DNA of 64,000 nt from an uncultured Bacilli bacterium (GTDB lineage Bacteria > Bacillota_I > Bacilli_A > RFN20 > CAG-288). The position numbers and the translations under genes were made by a program. How positions within the stretch are numbered: position 1 is the stretch's first letter; every line of letters begins with the position of its first letter. The notes under the pieces were generated by a model. That model was not told where the DNA came from, ran no database searches, and saw nothing but the letters and a program-made list of their open reading frames with translations. The DNA lies in assembly GCA_944371605.1 (NCBI GenBank), contig CALVXU010000024.1, positions 4,382-68,381 on the forward strand. Reading direction: 5' to 3'. This document shows positions 1 through 9,585 of the stretch, piece by piece.

Positions 1-1755
1 TGAAGTGATCTCTACTCGATCAAAAACGGAATTAGCGGTGTCCGGCTTAAAGCTTTCTAGTTTAAAGATGATGTTATCAGCGACGCTAAAAGTCGTCTTA
101 CTAGTCTCTGCTGTATCATTAGTTAAGAAGAATTTTGCTTCAAAGTCACTATAGAAGAAACCATCTGGATCAATCTCTTTTTCAGCATCGACCTGTTTGA
201 CTCCGTTAGATAGTTCAGCATCAAAATGATCATAGGCTCTTGGCGTAGAATCAGAGATCAGATTTCCCTCTTCGTCAAAACAATCTTCGGTATATTCATC
301 TCTTTGATAATGAACCTCTTTGAAATTGTTGTTTTCGAAAATCAACTCTAATCTATAGAGCTCTGAATAATCGTAAGAATCATCTCGATAGTTTAAGATG
401 ATATTTTCGCCTTCAGAAGTGATTTCAACACCGCTTGTAGCTGAATTGAAAAAGATCAGATCTAATAAATCTTGTTTGACATAATTTCCGATGCCATAAC
501 TATAGTTTTGACTATAGCTATAGGGCAAAATTGCTGGTAGAGAAGTATATTCTTTAGCTTCTTCTTCAGAGATATAACCAGTGAAATATGATGAATCAGA
601 AATCAAATATTTCTGTTGTTCGATAGTTTCATCACCATCTTTGCTGATGAAATAAACGCTGTCTTCATACTTGGTGTAATAATCAAGATGTGTGGATCCA
701 TCATAATCGGTGATTTGATTATAGATCACATCGTTATAAACTTGATAAGTGTTTGAAAAAGTCGTTGGATCTGAAAGGTTTCTATTCTTCGAAGAAAAAG
801 TTACTGTCCCACCGGTGATCTTTTCAGACTCATTTTCGATAGCTGCCGAAATATGAGAATTGATTTTATCTTCATTGACGGTGTCTTCATCATCGCTGAC
901 GCTGATAGATATGGCTATAGATGGTATATCAGGATTAGCAACGGAAGAAATCATGATGATCGCCTCTCCTCTTGCTACTCCTTTTAAAATACCATTATTG
1001 ACAGTAGCAACACTCGGATTGCTGCTTAAATATCTCAGCTCTTTATTTGTTGTCTCGGCTGGTGTAAAAATGACATTTATCGGAAGTTCTTCGTTGACTC
1101 CGATGACTTTTCTAACAAAATCTGTCGAAATCTCAGTCGGTAAAATCTCTTGTTGCGTAACAGTGACTTTAATGGTATCGGTTGCACCATTCTTACTTTT
1201 AATTATCAAATCGGTAGTACCAACATCGATTCCAGAAATCTCAATTTTATTAGAATCTAATGTGGCATTGATAATATCTGCATCATATTCTAATGTCAAA
1301 TCATTTTTCGATAATGATTCTGGCTTTACAGTAAAGTTGACCTCTTTAGTCTCGCCGACATTTAAAGTGAGTTCATCCTGCTCGAGCGTTATACTTTCCC
1401 CTTCAGTGATAGTGACTTTTAAGGTTTTTGTAGTCCCATCATCAGTTTTGAGAACTAAATCAGTTTGTCCCTCGCTTAAGCCTTCGATGATGACAGTGTC
1501 TACAGAGATGGAAACTACAGAAATCATCATATTATCGTAATCGAGAGTGATTTTTTGGCCCGTTTTAGAAGAGACGATGGAATACGTGAAAGACGTGGTC
1601 TCACCAACTTGTAAAGTTAAGCTTTCTTTTGATGTTTGAATTATGGTTGTGTCAACTCTATCAGTTGTTTGAGAGCTAGTATTTTGGCAGCTTGTTAGTC
1701 CTAGTCCGAGAGATGATAGACATATCAAGCTGAATAATAAATATTTTTTGTTCAT
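1..1755 (-). CDS. Surface lipoprotein with Ig-like (Big_2-type) domains; 3' end beyond left edge
   Basis: Missing from ORF track (no stop in window). Own translation from ATG 1755: MNKKYLLFSLICLSSLGLGLTSC (lipobox LTSC), Ig-like repeats (LTLQVGET, LTLNVGETKEV, YLSSNPSVATVNNGILKGVARGEAII); frame open to base 1 (LESFKPDTANSVFDRVEITS); AAGGTG SD upstream. Confidence 0.88.
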   Translation of the reverse strand, partial: MNKKYLLFSLICLSSLGLGLTSCQNTSSQTTDRVDTTIIQTSKESLTLQVGETTSFTYSIVSSKTGQKITLDYDNMMISVVSISVDTVIIEGLSEGQTDLVLKTDDGTTKTLKVTITEGESITLEQDELTLNVGETKEVNFTVKPESLSKNDLTLEYDADIINATLDSNKIEISGIDVGTTDLIIKSKNGATDTIKVTVTQQEILPTEISTDFVRKVIGVNEELPINVIFTPAETTNKELRYLSSNPSVATVNNGILKGVARGEAIIMISSVANPDIPSIAISISVSDDEDTVNEDKINSHISAAIENESEKITGGTVTFSSKNRNLSDPTTFSNTYQVYNDVIYNQITDYDGSTHLDYYTKYEDSVYFISKDGDETIEQQKYLISDSSYFTGYISEEEAKEYTSLPAILPYSYSQNYSYGIGNYVKQDLLDLIFFNSATSGVEITSEGENIILNYRDDSYDYSELYRLELIFENNNFKEVHYQRDEYTEDCFDEEGNLISDSTPRAYDHFDAELSNGVKQVDAEKEIDPDGFFYSDFEAKFFLTNDTAETSKTTFSVADNIIFKLESFKPDTANSVFDRVEITS

Positions 1756-1769
1756 AATTCACCTTGTAT

Positions 1770-4700
1770 TTAAGCCTTAGCTGTGATGATGAGTTCAACA
1801 TAGAAATCACTATCAGGAATATTTAGCGAAATAGTGTCTCCAGCATAATTGAATTTATATTCTGATCTAAAGTAATCTTTTGTTTCTCCATCCATCGTAT
1901 AGCCAGTGATAGAGTAGTTGTAGTTAGTCGTATCAGCTGTTTCGTTTAAAAATGCGATAACTCTTGTTCCAGCTTTGACGCCATTCTTTAAATCTACGAT
2001 GTTTGAATAACTGCCATAGCCATCTCTAAAAGTGATATTTTGTTCTACTTCACCGACAAAAGTGGGTGTATAGGTCGGATATTTAGCGGTTGCAGGAGTG
2101 ATGATGACTTCTTCTGCTGGCATGATGAATTTGACATTGATAGTGCTCGATTTTAATGTTGAAATATCGCTGAGTAATTCAACATCTGTTCCTGAGGCTG
2201 TCTGCACTTTGAATTGTGAGCCATCGAGATATTCAGCTTCAGTTTCATCATCTAAACTGATTTCAACATTCATTCTATGTCCGACATAGCCTTGTTCATA
2301 AGTATCGCCCCAACTTGAATCTCCTTCTCTGATGGTCATTGAAATTCTTTCATCAGTGCTATTTAAAGTGATCGGATGCTTTTCTTCTTCGGTCATATCA
2401 AAGACAATCTCAGCATTCTCGCTCGGCATAGTGAAATGATATTCTCCACCAGTCCCTTCAGTGAGAACAGTAGTATCACTTTCAGTAACTAAAGAAACCG
2501 AATTGAGGATGAAACCATTTTCGACTGCTCCCAAGCTGAGAGTTAATTCCTCACCAGCATTTACGGAATCACCGGAATTGATCTTATCTCTATAAGAGTT
2601 ATAAACGTTTACAGTACCGAGACCTTCAGGTTGACTGAATGTTAAAGTGTGAGTGGTCACAGCTTCAGTTGTGACTTTAATGGCGATATCTTTATCTGGC
2701 ATGACAAATGAATATCTTTGATGTGTATATTGATTAGGAATGAGCTCGACAGTTTCATCATCTAAGCTGACGCCGGTGATCTTATAGCCAAGATTATTAT
2801 GAACAGTGAATTCGACTTCATCACCAGGTAAGTAATCAGCATCTAATCCAGTTATCGTATATGCTTCACTAGAAGAATCATAGGTGACTTTTCTTCTTTG
2901 AGTCACTTCAAAGACGATGTTGATCTCGCCTTCTTCGGGATAGTCGAATGTCCAATCGCTCCCTCCTTCATCGCAAGCTTTGCCTTCTTGATAATAAATA
3001 TTTGTAATTTCATATCCTTCCACTGGTTCTGCTTCGATGGATGCTGTATGACCTGGTGCTAATTCGGTGATCTCTGTGCCGCTCCAATCGGCATCGTCAG
3101 TTATTTTATAACTGGCGATAAATTCATTCTCAGTGACATTAATCTGTTTCGGCTGTCCGACGCTAAAGGTGATGATGACGTTTTCTTCAGGCATTTTGAA
3201 TGAGACTTCATCGCCATAACAGCTAGTAGGGACACTACTTCCGCTTTCAGTCTCGACTGTGCAGTCGACATAATACCAGCCCTCATCAGCAGTCACAGTG
3301 AATTCTACTTCCTCACCAGGCGTATAGCTGTCTTTTAGTCCTTCTAAGGTCAAATGCTCATCGTTGACTAGAGTGATGGTCTTGATGCCGACATATTCTG
3401 CGTCGATTTCGATTTTAAAGCTTGTCTCATCAGTGATGGAATAATTATATAAATAGTATAAGTTTGGTGCTGCATATGATTCAGTAGCATAACGACGTGT
3501 TGTGCTGTCGTCTAAATAATAATAAACATCATTGATTTTGGTCCCTGCTTTAGGAATGACGAAGAAATATAAATCTTGTAAAGTATATTTTTCACCAACT
3601 TTTAGACCATAGAAATCGACCAAGGAATTATCGCATTCAATCGCGGTTAAAGTTAAACCATCTTCGGTCGGACTAGAGAGAGGGATGATGGTTAAGTCGG
3701 CATCAGCCGATGGCATTTTAAAAGTCACTTCATATACGTTAGAAGTACCGCTTTCTTCGAAGGTATATCTAGTATCATTAACTAGTAATTCATATGAGGT
3801 GAATCTATGAGTATCACCTTTGCTGATTTGAAGAACAACATCTTCACCTTCGGCATATTCGTCACCAACTTTAACATCGTTTGTGATTTCACAACCTGGT
3901 TCGATAGATGTTATTGAATTGATAGAGTAGGATTGTGCAGAATATTCAGTTGTCAAGCTTATAGTGACAGCTTTAGCAGGCATTTCAAAGATGTATTGTA
4001 CACCTTCGGTCACAGTCGTCAATTTAACTTCGCCATCGTTCACTTTGATTTCTTTGAACAAATAATGAGGTTTTAGCGTGATATTTAAAGTGATAGCTTT
4101 CCCTTCTTTAGCCTTATTTCCTGCTACACCATCGACCAATACTTCAACACTACCACCTGTCACAGGTGCAACAGTGATATTAAAGCTAGGAATCTCAGCT
4201 GTCACCACAGTCACTGTCACATCGCTTGTTCCCATGACGAATTGATAATTCGGCTGTTCGGTTGTCGGGGCTTGTACTCCGCTCCAATTGATAGAGGTGA
4301 AGGTGTGATCTTCATCGATTTCTAGAGCGAACACAACTGTTTGGCCTTCTAAAGCAGTGGTGACCTCTTTACCATCGATAAAGAATTTGCCAGTAGCACC
4401 CGCACCTAATTCAGCAGAGAGTTTATGGGATGGGATATTTTCGACTGTTAAAGCTAATGTGACTTCCTCATCCGGCATCACAAAAGTATAGATGCTAGGA
4501 TCATCATCTGATTGGGTCAAAGCGACATCATCGCTAGTAAGATTTTTGACTCTTTGAGTAGTGCTGGTAGTTGTGATTCTCACTTCGATTTCATCTCTAT
4601 AAACAGCGCTTGTGACTTTTGCATCTTCTTTATAAAATTCAACAGTAAAGCCTTTTATTTGATTGACGGTTATCGCATGAGCAGAATAGACTTTATCTTT

Positions 4701-5051
4701 AAAACTAACCGAGACTGAAACATCTTCATCTGGCATCACGAAGGTATAAGTTTCACCTTCTTTTACAGTTGTGGTTTTTACTTTTCCATCATTGACAGTG
4801 ACACTATCAAATTCTTTATCTTCCATGATATCACTGATAGAAATAGTGACTGTCTCGCCGGCTTTTGCTGATGTTTTATCGACTTTGACTGTGGCATCTA
4901 CTGTCGATACGATAGTTATCGCATGAGTCTCTTGCTGAGCTGTTGATGTAGAAGTGCTTGTGTTATTTTCACAGCTTGTCAAAGTAGAACCAGTCATTAA
5001 AGCGAAGGCGGATAAAGCTAAAAATGCTCCTAGAATTCGTTTCTTTTTCAT
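1770..5051 (-). CDS. Large lipoprotein with ~12 tandem divergent InlB-B/Flg_new-like beta repeats
   Basis: Lipobox LTSC; ~85-aa units ending Y-x-F-x-M-P-x-x-x-V-x-I (YTFVMPDEDV, YIFEMPAKAV, YSFVMPDKDI etc.). Confidence 0.85.
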   Translation of the reverse strand: MKKKRILGAFLALSAFALMTGSTLTSCENNTSTSTSTAQQETHAITIVSTVDATVKVDKTSAKAGETVTISISDIMEDKEFDSVTVNDGKVKTTTVKEGETYTFVMPDEDVSVSVSFKDKVYSAHAITVNQIKGFTVEFYKEDAKVTSAVYRDEIEVRITTTSTTQRVKNLTSDDVALTQSDDDPSIYTFVMPDEEVTLALTVENIPSHKLSAELGAGATGKFFIDGKEVTTALEGQTVVFALEIDEDHTFTSINWSGVQAPTTEQPNYQFVMGTSDVTVTVVTAEIPSFNITVAPVTGGSVEVLVDGVAGNKAKEGKAITLNITLKPHYLFKEIKVNDGEVKLTTVTEGVQYIFEMPAKAVTISLTTEYSAQSYSINSITSIEPGCEITNDVKVGDEYAEGEDVVLQISKGDTHRFTSYELLVNDTRYTFEESGTSNVYEVTFKMPSADADLTIIPLSSPTEDGLTLTAIECDNSLVDFYGLKVGEKYTLQDLYFFVIPKAGTKINDVYYYLDDSTTRRYATESYAAPNLYYLYNYSITDETSFKIEIDAEYVGIKTITLVNDEHLTLEGLKDSYTPGEEVEFTVTADEGWYYVDCTVETESGSSVPTSCYGDEVSFKMPEENVIITFSVGQPKQINVTENEFIASYKITDDADWSGTEITELAPGHTASIEAEPVEGYEITNIYYQEGKACDEGGSDWTFDYPEEGEINIVFEVTQRRKVTYDSSSEAYTITGLDADYLPGDEVEFTVHNNLGYKITGVSLDDETVELIPNQYTHQRYSFVMPDKDIAIKVTTEAVTTHTLTFSQPEGLGTVNVYNSYRDKINSGDSVNAGEELTLSLGAVENGFILNSVSLVTESDTTVLTEGTGGEYHFTMPSENAEIVFDMTEEEKHPITLNSTDERISMTIREGDSSWGDTYEQGYVGHRMNVEISLDDETEAEYLDGSQFKVQTASGTDVELLSDISTLKSSTINVKFIMPAEEVIITPATAKYPTYTPTFVGEVEQNITFRDGYGSYSNIVDLKNGVKAGTRVIAFLNETADTTNYNYSITGYTMDGETKDYFRSEYKFNYAGDTISLNIPDSDFYVELIITAKA

Positions 5052-5073
5052 ACTATTTTTCCTTTCTTAATAA

Positions 5074-7683
5074 TCATCTAATAAAATTTAAAACCAAATT
5101 TCCACTCGCTTGAACAATTTCTAAACTTATTTTACTATTTTCTACTTCTAAAAGATTAATACTTTCGGTCAATTCAGCTGAATCTTCGATGTAGTATTTA
5201 GAAATATTAGTAGCTGAGATATAGTCAGAATCACTTCCATATTGGGATAATGACCAAGTGAAACTGATGGTTCTGTCTCCTATCGTTATCAAAGCTTCTC
5301 CTTGTGATAACGTGCTATTTGTATATGTGAAAGTGATTGAGGCGTCATTTGTTTCATCGATTAAAGTGCCATTATAATAATTTAGTGAGTAGAAAGAGGC
5401 GTAGCTTATATCACTATAGGTGGAGTTTTTAAAGTCACATTTAGTACTGCCCAGCCTATTAGAAGAAACAGCATTTTCTGCTAAATAAACTGTAGCTGAA
5501 AAACTTGAAACATCTGGACTTTCACCATCCAATGTCAATTGATCACCGCTGATTTTAACTTTAAATTGAATCGAAGCTTCATCGATAGTGATTGTGATAT
5601 TTCCTTCTTGATCTAAGTCGAGTTTATTATTGATGGTTCCATCATATTTACAATAAAGATAAGTGCCTGCGATTTCATCCAGAGTGATTGGAGTTAAAAC
5701 ATCATATGTTTGAGTAACAGAGATGCTTTCATTAATTAAAGACGTTGCTTTGATTTTTGCTTCACCCTCTTGCAAGAATGTTACATCAAATGTTGTTTCA
5801 CCAGCTTCATCAGCTTCCTCACTGCTAGCGATATTAGAAATCGTAGCGATGTCTGGAGTTAATGATTCGATTTTCACAGCTTGTGCTGAATAAGCTGGTT
5901 CGACTTCAGCTGTAAAATGATAAGTTTCACCAGCATAATATTTGCTATTATAATTCACATCTTTAATAGTGACTTTTGTTGGATCTGGAGCAGTGATCTG
6001 TATCGGTATTTCAGCTTGTATATCGTTGTAATCATTACCGAAGATGATTGTGGTTGTACCAGGCTTAGTCGCTGAATAGTTACTGTAATTTTTAGTGATG
6101 TGATTCTCATCGTAAGATTTGATATAGAAATTTTTTGTATCAATAGCAGTAGCCGGTAAGAATTGAATGCCGAGATCTGATTCTTCGAAAGTATCACCAG
6201 CTCTTAAGTTAGCTCCGATTCCAAAAACTGTTTGTGTGAAATAAATTGTTGGATCGAAAAGGAAAGTCTCGACCGGTGTTCTTTCACCATAAGAGGCAGT
6301 GAAAGTGAAAATTTCTCTTTTATTGATAGTCGCATCTTCTTTTAAAACATATCGATTAGTCTCTTCATCAAATTCAACATCGTTTGTATCATATTGATCT
6401 TTGATAAATGTCGCAGCGGCTAAATGATTAAAGTCATCAAATTCAATGTTCAAATCATAGTTAAAGATATAAGTCGACGAATAAGATGAGTAATATTCAA
6501 AATTACTAGCTTCAATGATTAAAGCATCACCAACAGTATTTTTATATTCACTATGCAAGTTTAAAGTATTCAAATAATCTTCTAAGCTGCTATCGCTCAA
6601 ATAAGCAGGGTCGATAACTTGCTTCATAGAAGTTTGCAAGAAAACCATGGTCGTACCAGATAAGCTATTGACTTCAGCTTTAGCTTCATCTAATGTCATT
6701 CCGTCTTGTTGACTATCTTCATCGATGATTCTCTCGCTATTTGCATTGCTGCTGTTGCTGCTTTCTACGATGTTGACATCATAAAATTGCTTATCATCAT
6801 AATAATAAGCGTGAGTATCTTCACGAGTTTCCTCGCCGATCATAGTTTTGATTTGTTCATAAGATTGATTGGTGTTATAAGAGGTGATGATCGTCTTTTC
6901 TTCGCTTGTTTCTTCACTATAATCAATCGTTTCGATTTTTAACTCGCTGGAAATGACTTCGTTTGAAAAATTATCGGGTATTATCTCTAATAGAGCTGCT
7001 AATTCATCTGATGTTTCGACTAATGATAAAGGCTGAGAAAAACTAGTCGCTGAAATATTTAAAACATCTGGATTAGAAAAGTCGATTTTAAACGAGAAAG
7101 TTCCTTTGATTTCACTTTTAATCTTGTCTTCATCCTTATAAAAATATCTTTTTATTTCATCGTTTACTGAAAGAGATTCATATGAAAAAATGTCCTCATC
7201 AGCTTTCACATAGAAAGATTCATTATATAGAATTGGCACATCGTTGAGAGTGAAAGTGAAATCGTTGTTTTTAGTGAAAGAATATTCATTTGTATCGGTC
7301 ACGAGACTGATTGAAGCATACGTCGAATCAGTTTTAGTGAAGTCGATTTCGTCAGTTGTTTTGTCTATTTGGATGTCATAAACACCTTCATTAATAACGA
7401 TGATGTTATCAGATTTGCCTTTTTTGAAGTTGGGTTGATCATCTGAAGCGATGTTATCATAAGTGAGAGTTTTATTTCCCTCCAATTTGAAGGAATCATT
7501 TTTTCTAAATATGACATCATTTAGTTCATATGAGGTATCAGTCTCTTCGAAAATATTGTTTGCATTATTATTCCCTATCAATTTATATCCTGAGCCGTTG
7601 GGACTTAGACTGTTTTCACAAGAAACTAGGCATGATGTTAAAAAGAAAAATGCTAAGAATACAATACACCTTTTGTTTCGCAT
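5074..7683 (-). CDS. Multidomain surface lipoprotein (N-terminal beta-sandwich repeats, central domain shared with the 1-1755 protein, Ig-like domains)
   Basis: 869-aa ORF, lipobox LVSC, Ig-like motifs (ATKPGTTTIIF, SLTPDIATI, QEGEAKIKATS). Confidence 0.8.
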   Translation of the reverse strand: MRNKRCIVFLAFFFLTSCLVSCENSLSPNGSGYKLIGNNNANNIFEETDTSYELNDVIFRKNDSFKLEGNKTLTYDNIASDDQPNFKKGKSDNIIVINEGVYDIQIDKTTDEIDFTKTDSTYASISLVTDTNEYSFTKNNDFTFTLNDVPILYNESFYVKADEDIFSYESLSVNDEIKRYFYKDEDKIKSEIKGTFSFKIDFSNPDVLNISATSFSQPLSLVETSDELAALLEIIPDNFSNEVISSELKIETIDYSEETSEEKTIITSYNTNQSYEQIKTMIGEETREDTHAYYYDDKQFYDVNIVESSNSSNANSERIIDEDSQQDGMTLDEAKAEVNSLSGTTMVFLQTSMKQVIDPAYLSDSSLEDYLNTLNLHSEYKNTVGDALIIEASNFEYYSSYSSTYIFNYDLNIEFDDFNHLAAATFIKDQYDTNDVEFDEETNRYVLKEDATINKREIFTFTASYGERTPVETFLFDPTIYFTQTVFGIGANLRAGDTFEESDLGIQFLPATAIDTKNFYIKSYDENHITKNYSNYSATKPGTTTIIFGNDYNDIQAEIPIQITAPDPTKVTIKDVNYNSKYYAGETYHFTAEVEPAYSAQAVKIESLTPDIATISNIASSEEADEAGETTFDVTFLQEGEAKIKATSLINESISVTQTYDVLTPITLDEIAGTYLYCKYDGTINNKLDLDQEGNITITIDEASIQFKVKISGDQLTLDGESPDVSSFSATVYLAENAVSSNRLGSTKCDFKNSTYSDISYASFYSLNYYNGTLIDETNDASITFTYTNSTLSQGEALITIGDRTISFTWSLSQYGSDSDYISATNISKYYIEDSAELTESINLLEVENSKISLEIVQASGNLVLNFIR

Positions 7684-7918
7684 AATATTTTAATCCTTTA
7701 TAGTGAATAATCTACAAAACAGAATCATTTTTGTAAAGAATACTTTATTTAGAAAACTATTCGTCTTTTTAACTATGTTTGTAGCTCTCTTATCAAGAAA
7801 AATAACTTTTGTTCTGCTCATATGAACAAATAAGAAGCAAAAAAATTAAAAAAGAGTAAAAAAAATCAAAGAATTTCAAATATAAAAATCAGAGTATCTC
7901 TATTTAAAGCAATTGTTT

Positions 7919-7932
7919 AGTAAGCGCTTACA
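7919..7932. promoter_or_regulatory. LacI/CcpA (cre)-like operator
   Basis: Perfect 12-bp palindrome GTAAGCGCTTAC (7920-7931) within AGTAAGCGCTTACA, 13/14 match to TGTAAGCGCTTACA, central in the divergent intergenic region. Confidence 0.6.
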
Positions 7933-8153
7933 GTAGAAAGTAGATGACATCACTATATTTATGAATCGGTAGCACAGTTATTATATTTTGCGAATAAAAA
8001 GAGTAATTTTTTGTTAATTTATTTATATAAATTATTATCACTGTGTGATTTTTTTAATCATTTTTTAGCGATGATTGATATGAACTATCATTTTTATAAT
8101 AGTGTGAAATCTTATATACTTTATAAGTTAGTGGACAAAAAGGAGCTGAATTC

Positions 8154-9581
8154 ATGAATAAAATTCTGAAACGAACATTTATTGTTGCTAGTAGTTTTTT
8201 ATTATGCGCTTGTCAATCAAATCGATTGAATAGTTCAACGATTTCACCAGCCACTCAACCAGAGGGCATTTACACTAAATTGATGAGAGCAATATCATCC
8301 TTAAACAATTTCTCTTCATCTGGGACATTAGAATATGCTGCTTATGATTTAGTAGGTGGAACAACTTTAGAACAAGCCATTTATCTTTTAGAAATTGATC
8401 TCGCTGATGAATCATATTATTATTCTGAAAATGATTTGGCGACAGGAGAAGTCATTTTTGAAGAACGTTTCAGTAAGAATGAAAACGGAAAATTTGTTCA
8501 AGAAACACTCGACTATAGCACTAATCTAGTTGACAAGATAGTTTATACAGATGATTATGATGAAGTTATGGATAATCCTCTTTTGGATATCGAAGTTCAA
8601 GATTTAAATCCTATTCAAGGACAATTGAATTGGTATAACCTCACTGATTTTACAATCGCTGATGCAGCCACTTACTTTTTGACCGGTTATGATACGATCA
8701 ACGAAGGTGCTCTATCAGTAGCACAATATGCGATTCATTATGATGGCGAAAAGTTTGATCAAATGAGAATTCTTGTTGAGGGCTATGATGATGAACTGTC
8801 TCCGACTTATTGTGAACAATATCTCTTTACATTGCAACTCAGTCAATTTGGAAATGCAGTGACTAAAGAAATTGAACCATATGAAACCACCAGTGATCAT
8901 TCAGCGCTGCAAATCGGATTAAATGAATTGGCTAGAGCTAAAAACATGACCGTCAAGGTTTCGACTCAATCTATCGATGGTCAAACAATTTATGATGAAC
9001 ATAGTTATATGCTCGATTTTGAAAATTATATTTTCTTAGATCCAATGGTTTTTACTAAAAATATTTATGAAAATGGAGAAGTGGTCAGCACGCATCAATG
9101 CTATTCGGTTTATAAACAAGTCGGAGATAACATCGATCTCGATGATGATAATACAAATAATGATGGAACCTTGATGATTTATGACTTAGATGCTGAAACA
9201 AATGAAATAATAGCCACTAATGATTTCAACAAATATTATGGGACTAACAGTAATTATACCTTTATTTCTTTGATTCCTTATTTCAATCTTGTCGCTGCTG
9301 CTTGCTATAAAAATACAGGTGATATGACATTTAAGCCATATATCACCACTTATGATTATGCGACAGCCGCCTTTATTCCATTCGGAGCCAGTTATGCGAT
9401 GTCTTCCTTAAAGAATAATATGACTATCTATGTGAGCGATAATTCAATCGATAAAGTTGAATTGACTTATTCTGAACAAGATGAATCCGGCTTTGGCACC
9501 GTTAATAAAGCAGATGTTTTGATGTACGAAGATTTAGATTCGACTATCATTCCAGAACATATTTTAAATTTAGGAGAGTAA
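8154..9581 (+). CDS. Lipoprotein of unknown function (two tandem beta-rich domains)
   Basis: AGGAG SD; lipobox LCAC; acidic 475-aa ORF. Confidence 0.8.
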   Translation: MNKILKRTFIVASSFLLCACQSNRLNSSTISPATQPEGIYTKLMRAISSLNNFSSSGTLEYAAYDLVGGTTLEQAIYLLEIDLADESYYYSENDLATGEVIFEERFSKNENGKFVQETLDYSTNLVDKIVYTDDYDEVMDNPLLDIEVQDLNPIQGQLNWYNLTDFTIADAATYFLTGYDTINEGALSVAQYAIHYDGEKFDQMRILVEGYDDELSPTYCEQYLFTLQLSQFGNAVTKEIEPYETTSDHSALQIGLNELARAKNMTVKVSTQSIDGQTIYDEHSYMLDFENYIFLDPMVFTKNIYENGEVVSTHQCYSVYKQVGDNIDLDDDNTNNDGTLMIYDLDAETNEIIATNDFNKYYGTNSNYTFISLIPYFNLVAAACYKNTGDMTFKPYITTYDYATAAFIPFGASYAMSSLKNNMTIYVSDNSIDKVELTYSEQDESGFGTVNKADVLMYEDLDSTIIPEHILNLGE

Positions 9582-9585
9582 CGAT

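Noticed and set aside
860-1540. 226-aa plus-strand ORF in the track
   Set aside because: Antisense shadow of the real minus-strand lipoprotein gene 1-1755; Ser/Val/Ile-rich mirror composition, no SD
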